A stretch of 64,000 nucleotides of DNA, taken from NCBI GenBank assembly GCA_000004985.1, contig GG738875.1; one strand, written 5' to 3'. The stretch is from Naegleria gruberi. Its lineage: Eukaryota. Made by a program: the position numbers and the translations under genes. The notes under the pieces were generated by a model. The model saw nothing but the letters and a program-made list of their open reading frames with translations, made no database searches and had not been told where the DNA came from. Shown here in pieces: positions 23,150 through 36,267 of the stretch. Each line of letters begins with the position of its first letter. Position 1 is the first letter of the stretch.

Positions 23150-24162
23150 ATGAAAATTTCTAACAAGACATTTATTGTTACCGGTGGTGCATCCGGATTA
23201 GGTGAAGCAACTGGTATGTTATTATATTTTAATATTAAAATATAATTAAATATAACAATATAACAATTAAATTGTCACAACTATTTTGTAATAATAATAA
23301 TAATATTTATAATAATAATAATATATTTAAATAGTTAGACATTTAGTTTCATTAGGTGCTAATGTAGTTATATTTGATCTTGGAGATGCTAAAGGAAAAT
23401 TATTAGAAACAGAATATTTAAATAAGGTTAAATATGTTCATGTTGATGTTTGTGATGAAAATCAAGTTCAAGATGGTATTGATCAACTTGTTAAAACTTT
23501 TGGAAATACTTTATATGGTGTTATTAATGCTGCTGGTATTGGTGTATGTTTTATTATTATTCATATTTAATTTATTAATATTTAACATGTTTACATTTTA
23601 CAATAATATTTAATCATGAATATAATAATAATCATAAATATAATAATAGGATCCATGTAGAGTATATAATCCAAAGAGTGGAATTGTTCATTCATTAAAA
23701 TCATTTAATAAGGTAATGAATGTTAATGTGACAGGTACATTTAATGTATTAAGATTGGCAGTTCAACAAATGATGAAACAAAATGCACCATTATGTGGTA
23801 AAGATCAAGAACGTGGTATTATAATTAATACAGCTTCTATTGCTGCTTATGAAGGTCAAATTGGACAAGCAAGTTATTCTGCAAGTAAAGGTGCAATTGT
23901 TTCAATGACTTTACCATTAGCAAGAGAATTGAGTATGTATAATATTAGATGTGTAACTATTGCTCCTGGTTTATTCCTCACACCAATGTTAATGAGTTTG
24001 GGTGAAAAAGTTAGAGAATCTTTAGCTAAACAAGTTCCATATCCAAAAAGATTAGGTGAACCAAATGAATATGCTTCACTTGTTCAATTCTTAATTGAAA
24101 ATTCTTTAATGAATGGTGAAGTTGTTAGAATGGATGGTTCAATTAGAATGTCATCTCTTTAA
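23150..24162 (+). CDS. 3-hydroxyacyl-CoA dehydrogenase type 2 (HSD17B10-like short-chain dehydrogenase); join(23150..23213, 23335..23543, 23650..24162)
   Basis: The N-terminus is [22 protein letters not shown]. The catalytic [17 protein letters not shown] motif (YxxxK) is present. The C-terminal half aligns closely with HSD17B10: [12 protein letters not shown]...[26 protein letters not shown]...[11 protein letters not shown]. Introns are gtatgtt...aatag, and the spliced protein is 261 aa. Confidence 0.85.
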
Positions 24163-24250
24163 AATTATCTTAAATACTTTATTGCTAAATTTATATTCTT
24201 AATATTCTTTTGGTAAATTTATCCATTATTCATTAAACATTGCAATAAAT

Positions 24251-25473
24251 TTAATATAATTTATTTTGATACAATGAAAATTCAACACTTGCTTCTTCTT
24301 CTAATAAATTTTTAACTGCTTGTTTAATTTCCTTATCTTGATAAATAATTCCATAAACAGCTGAAATAATTGGACAATTAATTCCAAGTTTTGTAACAAG
24401 TTCAAATGCAGCCTTAGTTGTTGGAACACCTTCTGCAACACTTCCTAAATTTGCTAAAATATCATTAATTTTCTCTCCTTTTCCTAATCTAAATCCAACT
24501 GTGAAATTTCTTGATTTTTCCGATGTACAAGTTAAGAATAAATCACCAATTCCAGCCAATCCACTCATTGTTAAAGGATTTGCTCCTAAAACATGTCCAA
24601 TTTTTGTAATTTCATTTAAACCTCTTGTTAAAAGAGCTGCTCTTGTATTCATTTGAAATCCTAAACCTGAACATACACCAGAAGCAATAGCTATAACGTT
24701 CTTAAGAGCTCCACAAACTTCAACTCCAACTGGATCATCTGAAGTATAAACTCTAAAATGTGAACTGTGACTGTTTATCAAATATAAACAACACTAATTT
24801 AAAGAAGTAAAACATACAAAACACGTTGTGCCCATAAAGCACTCTTAATATTTGAAGAAGCAACAGTTACACAAGTCACTTGTCTTTGACAAATTTCAAC
24901 AGCAAAAGAAGGACCACTTAAAAAGACACATTCATCAGCAAATTCCTTTCCCATAACATCTTCAATAATTTGATATGGTAATTGTAAAGTTTCACTTTCA
25001 ATGCCCTTATTAGCAAATATAAATAAATGTTTCATTTCTTTACAACTTTGTAAAATTAAATCTTTAAATTTCAATAAAACACCTCTCATAAATTGAGTTG
25101 GAATTGAAAATAATAAAACTGAATGATTATTAATAGTTTCCAAATCAATTGAATTTGTTGCTTTCATATTTTCAGGTAATTGAAATTGTGATAAATATTT
25201 TGGATTTAAATGTTGATTATTAATTGAATTGACTACATTTTCATCTCTTGCATAAATTGTAATACGATCATTCAAGTGATGGGCCAAGTGATAGGAAAGT
25301 GCCATACCAAAATTACCACCTCCGAATACAAGTACTGTATCAATGGGTAATTTTTCATTTATATTACTACTATTATTTTGTTCATTATTATTACTAATGG
25401 AAGGAATATTGGTTGTATAATTGGTTTTTTCCAAGTCTATTGGTAAATTAGAATAGGATGTTATTGATTTCAT
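24251..25473 (-). CDS. NAD-dependent glycerol-3-phosphate dehydrogenase; complement(join(24251..24770, 24818..25473))
   Basis: Motifs are VLVFGGGNFGMALS, FLSGPSFAVEI and GVEVCGALKNVIAIASGVCSGLGFQMNTRAALLTRGL. A 47-nt intron gtatgttttac...aaacag reconciles the two frames. Confidence 0.85.
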
Positions 25474-25487
25474 ATTTTAAATATATA

Positions 25488-25817
25488 TTAAATTAATAAT
25501 AATAATAATATTGGTAATGTGATGATGAAATAGTTGAATGATGAATGTGATGAAGGCTCCTGATGATCAAAAAGTAATGAACAGATCGGCAAGCAAGGGA
25601 CGTAAAGCCTTTTTTTTGAAAGGTTGTGATATGCAAGACCAAAGATGTGAGCAATCGTCACTGGCAAGTAATAAATCACTAAGGTAGGTTCGAGCTTTCT
25701 TTTCAGCTCCCTGGGAAGTCTTTGTTTTCTGGGATTTTCGAAATAGATAGCAATACCATCAGTGAAATCCAATTGTTCTCTGTTATTCTTTTTCAATGAA
25801 TTAACTGCAACATACAA
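25488..25817 (-). CDS. Hypothetical small protein with a C-terminal hydrophobic segment (weak)
   Basis: A 109-codon ORF in a GC-richer island. The track start is a TTG. No recognisable domain. Confidence 0.2.
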   Translation of the reverse strand: MYVAVNSLKKNNREQLDFTDGIAIYFENPRKQRLPRELKRKLEPTLVIYYLPVTIAHIFGLAYHNLSKKRLYVPCLPICSLLFDHQEPSSHSSFNYFIITLPILLLLLI

Positions 25818-26051
25818 GTATGAATTTCTTCAAAAATACTCAAATCTAGAATAAGGAAATTAAAATTATCTTCTTAATACTTGAAGATTCTATCATCTTT
25901 AAAAAAACCCATTTTTCCTCAACTTTCTCCCATTCAGTCAATTGAGTAAGGTCTATTTTCGTTGGAGTCCGTTTTTGTTAAGTCAAAAGTGACTAACTTT
26001 TGTGCTTCAAGAATCCCAGCAAAAATACAATCAAATTTATTATCCAAAAAA

Positions 26052-26702
26052 ATGACCAAACATCAAACATTAATTTCTGCAGTTAATCTGTTTAAAACAT
26101 GTTCTTTGAAAACACCATTGTATCAAACTTATCGGAATTTGAATACCTCTAAGAGTTTAATAGTATTATTAAATAATAATTATTTATCACAAGTCCGAAG
26201 TTTTTCAAATTGTAAATTTAATACAAATATTGCTGCTTCTACATCATCACCAAGTAATAATTCATCCACCAACAACAACACCACTACAACAAAAGCAGCA
26301 CCAAAAAAGAGAAGAGCAGTAGCAAAAAAACAAGTATTAACTGTAACAGATAGAGCAGCTGAAAGATTACAATACTTGTTATCAAAGAGACCTGGAGCAT
26401 TCGGAATTTTAATTGGATTAAAAAAGAGAGGATGTAATGGACTTTCATGGACTTTTGATTACATTTTCCAAGATACAGAAATACCCAAACTTGCAGAAAT
26501 TGTAGAAGATAAGGGTGTACGATTAATTGTTCAACCAAGTGCAGTAATGAATGTTATTGGTACTGTTATGGATTATGAAGAGAATGAAGTACATGCTAAA
26601 TTTGTTTTTAATAATCCAAATGCAATTGGTACTTGTGGTTGTGGAGAATCATTTAATGTGGATACTGCTGTAAATGAACATAAACGAGTTCAAAAGATGT
26701 AA
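26052..26702 (+). CDS. Iron-sulfur cluster assembly protein, IscA/HesB family, with an N-terminal presequence
   Basis: LTVTDRAAERLQYLL...GILIGLKKRGCNGLSWTFDY...GVRLIVQPSAVMNVIGTVMDYEE...CGCGESF shows the HesB signature and the three conserved Cys. The real ATG is at 26052; the track start is a TTG. Confidence 0.85.
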   Translation: MTKHQTLISAVNLFKTCSLKTPLYQTYRNLNTSKSLIVLLNNNYLSQVRSFSNCKFNTNIAASTSSPSNNSSTNNNTTTTKAAPKKRRAVAKKQVLTVTDRAAERLQYLLSKRPGAFGILIGLKKRGCNGLSWTFDYIFQDTEIPKLAEIVEDKGVRLIVQPSAVMNVIGTVMDYEENEVHAKFVFNNPNAIGTCGCGESFNVDTAVNEHKRVQKM

Positions 26703-26716
26703 AAAACTGTATATAT

Positions 26717-29144
26717 TTATTCAACTGCAATTTCAGACAGAATAAACTCAATATCAACAGCAAATTGATGTAATTTTGATGGATCACTCGATCTAAGTGT
26801 ACAAATTGTTTCTCCTTGTTGGAAAATCTTGGCTTCAATTAAAATATAATGAGTCTCGGCTGTTTGTGTGTAGAAATAAAACATATGAGGTTCGTTTCTG
26901 ATATTACTGGCCATAGTCAGTACACTGTTTTCTCTCAACTTTTCTTCAATTTCAGCATGACTTGGTCTATCGTTAAGGCTAAATCTACATGAATGTGTGG
27001 AAGCTACAAATGATTCAGATTTCCATTTTTGTTGATATTCTTGAGGTGTTAAAGCTTGTGGAACAACAATGGCAACATTATTAGTTTCATCATAATCCAT
27101 ATCTTCCAAAAGTCTTTCTTCATAAGCTTGCTTGCTTTCCTCTTCTTCTTCCTCTTCAGCCTCTTCTTCCTCAGCTTGTTCTTCAACTTCTTCTTCATCA
27201 TCACTTCCATCATCAATAGCTTGCCCAAGAACTTCAACATCCTTTACAATAAATCTTTCGCTTGGTTTGCCATAAATGATTGAAAGAGTATTGAATTCAG
27301 AGAATAAACGATCACGGAATTCTACTGACTCTTCTTCTGAGAACTTTGTGACAACATCCTTCTTTGTCAAAACTACACTCTTAGCCAAATCAACGTTAGC
27401 AGAGATTAATCTATAATAGAACAATGCACGATCGTGAACATCAGCGTGCGAAGTATCATTTACAGCAACTTCAAAAAGTCTTCCCAACATGGCTGACATT
27501 TCAGGTGCTCTAAGGAAGAACAATTTCATTGAACTAGTTAAAATTTGATTTCTAACACTATAGTGATAAGTCAAAAATGAATCAATAAAGTTTTCTAAAA
27601 TGTATGGAGCAGCTTGAATAATATCAGCTCTACCATATTCTCCCAAAATCCAAACAAATGAAGAAATGGCTTCTGGATCTTGAAGGGTGGACCAATGTTT
27701 GGTAATTGATGGAAGGTATACTTTACAAAATTCAAGATCATTGTACTTTCTCAAAATATCTTTCAAAACAATCATAGTTTCACTAATAATATGAAGAACT
27801 CCAGAATCTAAAAAGTCAATCAAGTGAGTCAAAGAATCTTCTGTAGCAAATGAAACTCTAACAGCAATTTCACCCAATGATTTAATGGCCTTTCTAGATG
27901 TTGAAACAGAAATATCTCCCAAAGAAACATAGTAACTTAATTCACTCATTATTTCTTGGACATTCTTTTCATTAGCCAAAAGAGTCAATACTTCTAACTT
28001 TAATTCCTTCAAGTAAGTTGGATCGTTATACTTAATATAAAAATCTTTAAAGAATGGTTGGAAAACTTGTGGACATCTAGAAATCATAAACTTTAAATGT
28101 TGCAAAATTGTATAGGCAAGTTCAGGACTTGAAGTAGCAAAAAGTAACAAAACTGGGTCTCTCAATCTTCCAAAAACTCTGGTGTGATTCTTTGGCATAT
28201 TTTGTGTGTAATGTAAGAATAAGTTAGTGATGGACATTACAACTGAAGCATTTGAAATTTCCAATTTATCATCCAATAAATTCATGATATCGAAAATTTC
28301 ATCATTAGTTTCTGGCTTATATTTTAATAATAATGTAACAACTTCAGTTAATTGCCATTCGGTATATTCAGCTAACTTGTTAAGAAGGTGATAAACCATC
28401 TTTTTAGTAACATTAACTCCACTTTCTTCAATTTCATTTAAGGAACGAATAGCGTTAACAATAACTTGACAATCCTTATCCTGAATCATATCATATAATC
28501 TATCATCAAACTTTTCAGCTGAAATATTTTTAGACTCCTTAATAATATTAAAACAACCTACCTTTAACAATATTTGAAGCAAGTTTGTATAATTTAGAAA
28601 CGCTAACAACAGCAGAACGTCTAACATACGGACTTGGATCGTTTAATCCTTCCTTGATAAGAGGAACCAAGTGTTCAGTGAGTTTAGAAATTCTCAAACT
28701 GCTCAATGAACGAAGAGCCAATCCACGAACAATAGGACTTTCATCTCTACAATCTCTTGCTAAAGTGTTAATAACTAAAATTGCCAAATCAACGTTTTGT
28801 CTAGCATAGTGAGTAATATATTGATAAATCATTTTCTTTTGAACAATATCCTTTGTGTTAACACCCATGATCATTCTATCAAACAATTTACTTGTATCCA
28901 AACCCATAGTAGTAAATCCAATCACACGTTGTAATACTTCTCTCTTCTTGGTTTGGTCGTTATCGATTGTTGGATCGGATAACAATTGTTTTAATTCTTG
29001 AATTTCACCCTTCTTATCCGGAAGATTGGTATTCTTATTTTGCTTCATCAGCGAACCGACAGAGCTCATAGTCTTGCTAATCGAAGAACCTAATTGTGAG
29101 GCTCCGGAAGAGAGTGTGTCACCCAACTGTTTGATTGCACTCAT
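26717..29144 (-). CDS. ap4b1: AP-4 adaptor complex beta subunit; complement(join(26717..28518, 28562..29144))
   Basis: The N-terminal trunk reads LQRVIGFTTMGLDTSKLFDRMIMGVNTKDIVQKKMIYQYITHYARQNVDLAILVINTLARDCRDESPIVRGLALRSLSSLR and aligns closely to AP4B1. There is an acidic hinge and a conserved C-terminal appendage. The 43-nt intron runs gtaggttg...atttcag. Confidence 0.85.
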
Positions 29145-29508
29145 TTTTTTATCGATATGTTTGTTGTGCTTTATGACGATGCGCTTTGTTGTTGGGTGTT
29201 ATCAGCGATTTTGTAATTTTACTGTTGATTTTTCATCAACAAGGCAGTAGTACTACCATAGATGATTCATTCAACAAGCCTTCTTCCCTTCTAATATAAC
29301 AAACAATGAGGTTGCAAATAAATGTAGCCTAGATTGCAATATGGTAGATTTATAGAAACCCTCTTCATAGTTGCAAATGATTTAAGCGTGTCCAATGTCT
29401 GTGCATTGATGGAACACTTCTTAAAAAAGAGACTCCCTCAAAAGTAAAGTGACCCGAGTCATAACAACAATACTCTTTATTGCACAATAATAAGTATAGT
29501 GCACATAC

Positions 29509-31804
29509 TTAATGCTCAATTTTAATAGTATGAATCATCATATCATTTCTACCTTGTTGAGTTGAAATTACTTTCCATTCAAAGGGATCTGTTATTTCAT
29601 TGGGTTGATGATTTAATTTTCCTCTCACTTGTTTCAATCCTCTCGATAATGCAAATAGAAATATTTGTCTACAATCTTTTAAATGTTGAGGGAGATGATT
29701 GTAATTTTGAGGATTACAACGAATTGCAAATTCCCCAATTTCCTTCATTGATTTAATTTCATCTCTAAGATGAATATACATATTAGGTTGTTTACAAAGT
29801 GTTGATTTCACAATTTTCAAATTAGTTTGAAATTGGATAGGTAAATTTTGAATATCTGTAAATGCACTAGTTTCAAATATTGCCTTTTCAACAAATTCTG
29901 AATCATTCAATAATTCATTACTGAAATATGAAAATGTAATACTGCTCAAATCAGCACTTTCGTAATAATTTCTTATATTTTTACAACAATCAATCAAATG
30001 CATTGCCATTTCCTTATTATTTGAATATGATTCATCCAATGTTATAATTCCTGGATTTAATTTCATTGCCACTTTGAAATAATCAGGATTCTTATAAATT
30101 GTTTCATCAAATAAAAATATATCAGTTCCATTTTCTAATACTTTTGTAATCCACTCTGGGGATGCCATCAGTTTCTCCTCTAATATCCCTTCAACTCTTA
30201 TATCAATCCCACTTTTTACAACAATATCAAATACTTCATCATCTTGAATAACNNNNNNNNNNNNNNNNNNNNNNNNNNNNNNNNNNNNNNNNNNNNNNNN
30301 NNATTTGCTTAATGAACGGAATGTTCCTTTGAAGGAGAGGTGGAAGTTTTTTGAAAAATTTAAACCCCATTTGAGAATTTTCCATATTTTCGAGGGATAA
30401 TTTAAACATTTCCATAATTGTTATGTTTGAAATATCGATTGGATATATAATGTACATTATGTTTTCTCCCCTTGATTTCACAGCTAATTGACAAAGTTCA
30501 GTATATTGATCGTAATGATAATATTTGGAATCTAACTTCTCAAATACATGTGGATGCTTTCTAATAATTTCAATGAGCTCATTATATCCAAGATAATGTT
30601 CATTGTGATGCAAAATGAGTGAAATGCCTTCAGGTACTATTGATACAATACTAGTTATGAACTCAATTTCATCCTTTGTGAATGGATTGATTCTATTTTT
30701 CCCCAAATAGGAAGAAAGATAGATGGATGAATAAAGTTCGAAATAACCAGTTGAAAAAGCTTGTCTAATAAGTGATTTATCACTTTCCAACTTATCAGAT
30801 AGTGTAACTGTTGAAACGAAATCATGCTCATAATACATTTTCCAATTAGGTATTCTCGGTTTACCATATTTTTTTCTAATATTAGTATTATCATAATGTC
30901 TAATGCAATAACTAACAAATTCTGAATCATCTTTCAAATAATTTGGCAAACAATCAAATGGTATTAAACCAAGTCGTATCAATAAATAAAATAAGTCCCT
31001 CCTATTATTGTACATTTCCATAAATTGAGCTAGTTCATTATTGTTAATGGTGCTACTGAAAAACTGTTTTAGATTTGTTAATCTCTCTTTCAACATATCC
31101 AACTCTTTAATTCCATGAGGATAAGTTGCAGATTTTAACATTAAATTTGATATTTTCTCAACATTTAAGTTTTGTAAAATTAGTTTTGGGTTTGAAGCAG
31201 CACTTTGCAATTCTTTTGAAATTTCAACCCAATTCAAATATTCCAATTTACAAAATTCATACCAAGCACTATTTAAATCCCTTCTTTCAATATCACTAAA
31301 CCATTTAAATCTTGACATTAAATTAGATAAAATTCTATGAAATCCATTTAATCTATTATCATCACAACTATCATCATGTTGTTCTTTGTGTGTCATCATT
31401 GTTCCTTTAAATTGAATTAATTCTTTACATTTTCTAAACGAAACTTCTCTCCCTCCCAAATATTTAACTCTTTTCATATAATAATTAATACATTGATTTA
31501 ATATTTGTTCATTTCCACTTGATGGTAAATCGTGAATTTGTAAAATCTTACCACTTGTCAATGGAAAGGCTAATTCAGGTTCAATCATGAATTTAATAAA
31601 TCGGAGTGTTTTAAAGTATTCATTCTCATTCATATTAAAATAATTAAATGAATTTGAAAGCATTAATGAAAACATTGAATTTGTATCGAGAAAGGAGATT
31701 ATATAGTGAAATAATTCTGTTGATAAATCACTTTGAATCATTACACCGATCATCATTTTAAAAACATTTTCCTCATCTTGTTGCATTTTTTTCAGACTGA
31801 TCAA
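29509..31804 (-). CDS. Hypothetical protein with DUF4116-like repeats; spans the 50-N gap
   Basis: The ORFs at 30239-31804 and 29509-30168 are collinear across the gap at 30253-30302. The repeats are AIRCNPQNYNHLPQHLKDCRQIFLFALSRGLKQV and LIRLGLIPFDCLPNYLKDDSEFVSYCIRHYD. Confidence 0.5.
30253..30302. other. Assembly gap
   Basis: Run of n characters. Confidence 1.
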
Positions 31805-32256
31805 TTAATCTTTCCAATTGGAAACCTAAACATTAAGGAAGGCTTCCATGTCCAATGAAAAATCTAATTAATCTTCTATCAAATATTACAATAAGAATAA
31901 AGAAAACCATTCAATTAGAAGGACAAAAAGGATTGACCACCAACATTAATGAATAATACCTATTTTTAAACCAATCTCCTCATTGAATGGCGAAGGGAAA
32001 TGAACACCAGCTGATTGTGGTGATGGAGAGATTAAAAAGCCTAGAGTGCGAAAAGGAACAACAAAAAAAACATCACAAAAGCATTCCCTCCATTTTGTAT
32101 TAATTACTTTAACCAACCTCCTAATATTGTACATCATTGATATATTGGTTGTATAGTAAATCAAACACACACATATCTAGATTCATAATCAAACAAAAAG
32201 TATCATCTTTAGATCATCACAATTTGTAAATTAAAAACTTTTCCGAATATAAAAAG

Positions 32257-33648
32257 ATGAGTAATAATCCTCTTCAAGGTTTAGTGTATAGAGCAACTGA
32301 TTCTAAAAATCCGACTGATGATTGGGATTCAATAATGCAATTATCTGATTTATTATGTCAAAATCCTGATGAAAATACAAAATTAATTCTTCCTTTGCTT
32401 AATGGTCGTCTTCGAGATACAAACAGTGCAACTGTTTTATATTCATTAACTCTTGCAGATGCTCTCATGAAGAATACTAGTGATTTTGTTAAACAACAAT
32501 TCCTAAGATCTGATTTTCTTACAATTATTAATAATTTATCAACTAGATCAAGTGATCAACAAGTTAGACAAAAAGCAACTGAAGTTATGAATGAAAATCA
32601 AATTCCACAAGCATCACAAACTATTCAACAACAATCACCCCCTGTGAGTCAACCAAGAACAGTTCCTCAACCAATGCCAGTTTCTCAACCACTTTCGACC
32701 AATACAAAACGTTCAACTACTAGAAAACTTGCAACCTATCAAGAAAAGATGGATAATGATTTGAATGTCGTTAGAGAAAATGTTGCTTTATTGAATGAAT
32801 TGGTTACTGCTTCTTCATCTCCTGGCGAATTAAGACAAGATGATACTGCAGCTCAATTAAGAGCTAATTGTGAAGAAATGAGTAGAAGAATTATTGGACT
32901 TATTGAAATGATTCCAGAGGAACAAGTTCTTTTAAAATTATTGGAAGTTCATGAAAATTTAAACAATTCAACACAAAGATATGATAAATTCATGACATCT
33001 GGCCAAAAGGAAGCAGTTAAGCTTGCTAGTCCAACAACTGGTAATAATTCATCTGCACCTCCTCTTTCTCCTCAAGTTTCTCAAGGATTTGGAGCATTAG
33101 CAAATAGAAATAATCAACCAAATGTAAATAGAAATCCACCAACCAAACCAAATAATGGAGCATTATCATTGGATGATTTTCTTGGAACAAATAGTACTCC
33201 TATTCAACCACAATCTAATCCTACTCCTGTTGTCAATCCTAATGTTAACTCAAATCAAAGGACACCATTATCATTGGACGACTTTTTAGGACTTCCAGTT
33301 CAACCATCCCAACCACAACCATCCATTCCTCAAAACAGTTATGCTCAACAACAACCAACTCACTACAATCCAAATCAACAACAACAATTCAATAATCCAC
33401 CACCTTCATATGAATATAGTAATAATCCATATGCTGATACAATGGAAAGAGAATTTTCAAGACTCAATGCTCCACAACAACAGCCTCAACAACCAAACAA
33501 CAACACCATGTATCCAAATGTTGGATATAACCCTTATTCATCCTCATCAGATCAAATCGATCCGAATGATCCTTTCGGCGTTTCTAAACAACAATCTCAA
33601 CCTCAAGAAGGTGGTTTTGCTGCTTTAGCCCATAGAAAGAAGAATTAA
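32257..33648 (+). CDS. Tom1-like protein with VHS + GAT domains and a Pro/Gln-rich C-terminus
   Basis: The N-terminus is VHS-like (ATDSKNPTDDWDSIMQLSDLL...TVLYSLTLADALMKN). The GAT-like helix region runs from QEKMDNDLNVVRENVALLNELV to RANCEEMSRRIIGLIE. The C-terminus is a P/Q-rich tail. Confidence 0.8.
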   Translation: MSNNPLQGLVYRATDSKNPTDDWDSIMQLSDLLCQNPDENTKLILPLLNGRLRDTNSATVLYSLTLADALMKNTSDFVKQQFLRSDFLTIINNLSTRSSDQQVRQKATEVMNENQIPQASQTIQQQSPPVSQPRTVPQPMPVSQPLSTNTKRSTTRKLATYQEKMDNDLNVVRENVALLNELVTASSSPGELRQDDTAAQLRANCEEMSRRIIGLIEMIPEEQVLLKLLEVHENLNNSTQRYDKFMTSGQKEAVKLASPTTGNNSSAPPLSPQVSQGFGALANRNNQPNVNRNPPTKPNNGALSLDDFLGTNSTPIQPQSNPTPVVNPNVNSNQRTPLSLDDFLGLPVQPSQPQPSIPQNSYAQQQPTHYNPNQQQQFNNPPPSYEYSNNPYADTMEREFSRLNAPQQQPQQPNNNTMYPNVGYNPYSSSSDQIDPNDPFGVSKQQSQPQEGGFAALAHRKKN

Positions 33649-33876
33649 ACCACAACACTTTAATGTATTATAAAATTAATTGTTTGTAAAGTTATTAAAG
33701 AGATTCAATATTGAATGATTAATAATCGTCTAATAATGATGAGTTTGCGTTATTATTTTATTTTACACCCGGTTCACTTATAATCGGGTGAGTTAAAATA
33801 TTGTTGCTTAGCAATAGATATGGATAGTAATAGAGTTAGGAAACGTGATTAAACGGTATGTTACATTCTAATGAAT

Positions 33877-34693
33877 TTATTGCTCGTCATCCTCAGCATC
33901 TTCAACTTTAGTTCCATCATTCTTTTCTTCTTGCATATCAGATGTCCACAAAGTCAAGTTGTCTCTCAACAATTGAAGAATGAGTGTAGAATCCTTGTAG
34001 GATTCTTCAGTAAGACTGTCCAATTCAGCGATAGCATCATCGAAAGCCTTCTTGGCCAATTGGCAAGCGCTTTGAGGTGAGTTCAAAATTTCATAGTAGA
34101 AAACAGAGAAGTTAAGGGCCAAACCCAATCTGATTGGATGGGTAGTTGGGAGTTCCTTGGCAACCTTGGTGGCAGTGTTGTAAGAATCCAAGGAGTTGTT
34201 AGCAGCTTCCTTTCTAGAATCACCTGTAGTGAATTCAGCAAGATATCTGTGGTAGTCACCCTTCATCTTGTAGTGGAAGACTTTAGATTCATCAGATTGG
34301 CTTGATGGAATCAAGTGTTGGTCCAAGATTTCCAAAATATCATTACAGATGTCAGTTAATTCACGTTCAACCTTTGTTCTGTATTTCTTGATCTTTTCAA
34401 CGTGATGTAAATTTCCCTTGCTTTCTTCCTTTTGTTCAATAGAGTTGATAATTCTCCATGAAGCACGTCTGGAACCAATAACGTTTTTGTATGCGACAGA
34501 CAAGAGATTTCTTTCCTCAACAGTCAATTCAACATCCAATTGGGCGACTCTCTTCATGCTTTGGACCATTTCTATTATTTACCATCATATTAAAATTTTT
34601 TGTTGTTGTATAATACTCACCATCATATCTTTCAGCTTGTTCAGCAAGCTTGGCCATGAAAACATTATCTTCTCTGGTTTCAGTTTCGCTCAT
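33877..34693 (-). CDS. 14-3-3 protein; complement(join(33877..34571, 34621..34693))
   Basis: Exon 1 encodes [24 protein letters not shown]. Exon 2 encodes [41 protein letters not shown]...[21 protein letters not shown]. The 49-nt intron runs gtgagtat...aataatag, and the protein is 255 aa. Confidence 0.9.
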
Positions 34694-35655
34694 TTTGATC
34701 TAAGTTTTTATAAATTGTATAATTGTATAAAGTAGGTACGGTACAGCGGTGTGAAGATGAGTATGAATACAATAGTCTTTAATAGTTACCTTCAGGGATT
34801 TTGTTTATTTTTTTTTGTTTTAAAAGAAGCTATCTTTTGTATTGCGAGCGAGCCAATAGCGGTTGAGCAAAAATCGATTGTAAACACTCGTCACAGTCTT
34901 GAAGTAAAAAGACGGCAAGCAACAAGCTGAACCTAAATTTATCTCCAAGTACGGTCGTAAATTAAGAGATGATTAAACAAATCAAGCACTGCTGAAACAA
35001 TCCATTATTCTTACAATTTGTCATAATATATCAATTAAAATTACAACAATTTAACTGAACCAACCATATACTTCATTCCTTATCAATTAAGGCTCTCTCC
35101 ATTGAAAATCTACAAGCTGGTCCTTCTTCTGATAATCTCCCACCAATAACAACACAATTCAAAGTCAATAAACAAAAAGTGCAACACAAATTCCGATATT
35201 TGTCTTCTCGGAACTCTCGCTCTCTCAAAAGCATTACGTGGCTTCCCGCCAAAATTGGTTAGACTCTAATTTGTACTTTTTGCTGTTTTTGCATTCTTAA
35301 GCACAATTCAATAAGATTTTCTTCTTATTGAATAACTTTGATTGTCGTGAGGTATTGAAATTATTATAATGGACTTATCAAGATTACAGTGAACTCTTGC
35401 TTTGAATTGGATATCATCAATGCGATTGAACACAAGAAGAAATTGGTTTATTCAACTTGTATCTCTCTGCTATCAAAATAACAATTATTGAAAATTTGAA
35501 CCAATTTTAAATAACCATCTCAGATGTGGTAATAATGATCGAATAAGATTTTGTTGTTTCACAAGATTTAACATGTTTCCTATTTGATTGCTACATCCAA
35601 AAAAACTCCAAAGATTGATTCACACATGTACCATCACGACAACAATTCAAAATAA

Positions 35656-35916
35656 TTATTCCTTCTTTTCCTCTGAGGTTACAGCATCCTGAAGTTGTTC
35701 TTGTTGTACAATATTATTATTTGCTTCATTATTTCTAGTGCTCGGAATGGCTCTTCTTCTTGCTCTTGCTTCTTTTGCTTTGGCAATTTCAGCCTCCTTC
35801 TTAGCCTTTTTTTCTTCTGCCATCTTTTCATCAATTTGTGGTTGCCAAGCATAAATGGTTGTTAAAAGACCAGCTACGGCAGGTAAGATGAAAAGTCCAG
35901 GTGGTCTTCTATTCAT
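35656..35916 (-). CDS. Small protein with an N-terminal TM segment and a charged Lys/Glu/Ala-rich tail
   Basis: The ORF encodes MNRRPPGLFILPAVAGLLTTIYAW followed by AEEKKAKKEAEIAKAKEARARRR. No homolog is recognised. Confidence 0.4.
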   Translation of the reverse strand: MNRRPPGLFILPAVAGLLTTIYAWQPQIDEKMAEEKKAKKEAEIAKAKEARARRRAIPSTRNNEANNNIVQQEQLQDAVTSEEKKE

Positions 35917-36267
35917 TTTTTTTAAAATTTATTAAAATGTAATTAAAATGGATTTCAAGTTGAGATTTTAATGCAAAATTTAATATTTAATTGTGTTTAA
36001 AAGTTTAGTTATTATTTAAATGGTAATTACAACAATTAAATGTGAAATTTAAATAAATATTGTAATTTATTGTAAATAATTAAATAAAATTGTAAACAAT
36101 TTTAATTATTAATAATTTAATTTAAATAAATGTTTGGAATATGGTACTAATTTCAATGGAACTTTCTGTTGCTCTTTTGTCAAATAAAAACATTTGAAAG
36201 GTGAAAAATTTAGCAAACAGCCGTTAAAAAAAAATTCCGTCATTTGACAATTGACAGACTCATCACC

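Noticed and set aside
26284-27283. Small ORFs (26284-26538 minus, 27049-27240 minus, 27056-27283 plus, 28585-28809 plus) inside the IscA and AP-4 beta genes
   Set aside because: They are alternative-frame or antisense readings within well-supported CDSs (an acidic hinge gives Lys-rich antisense).
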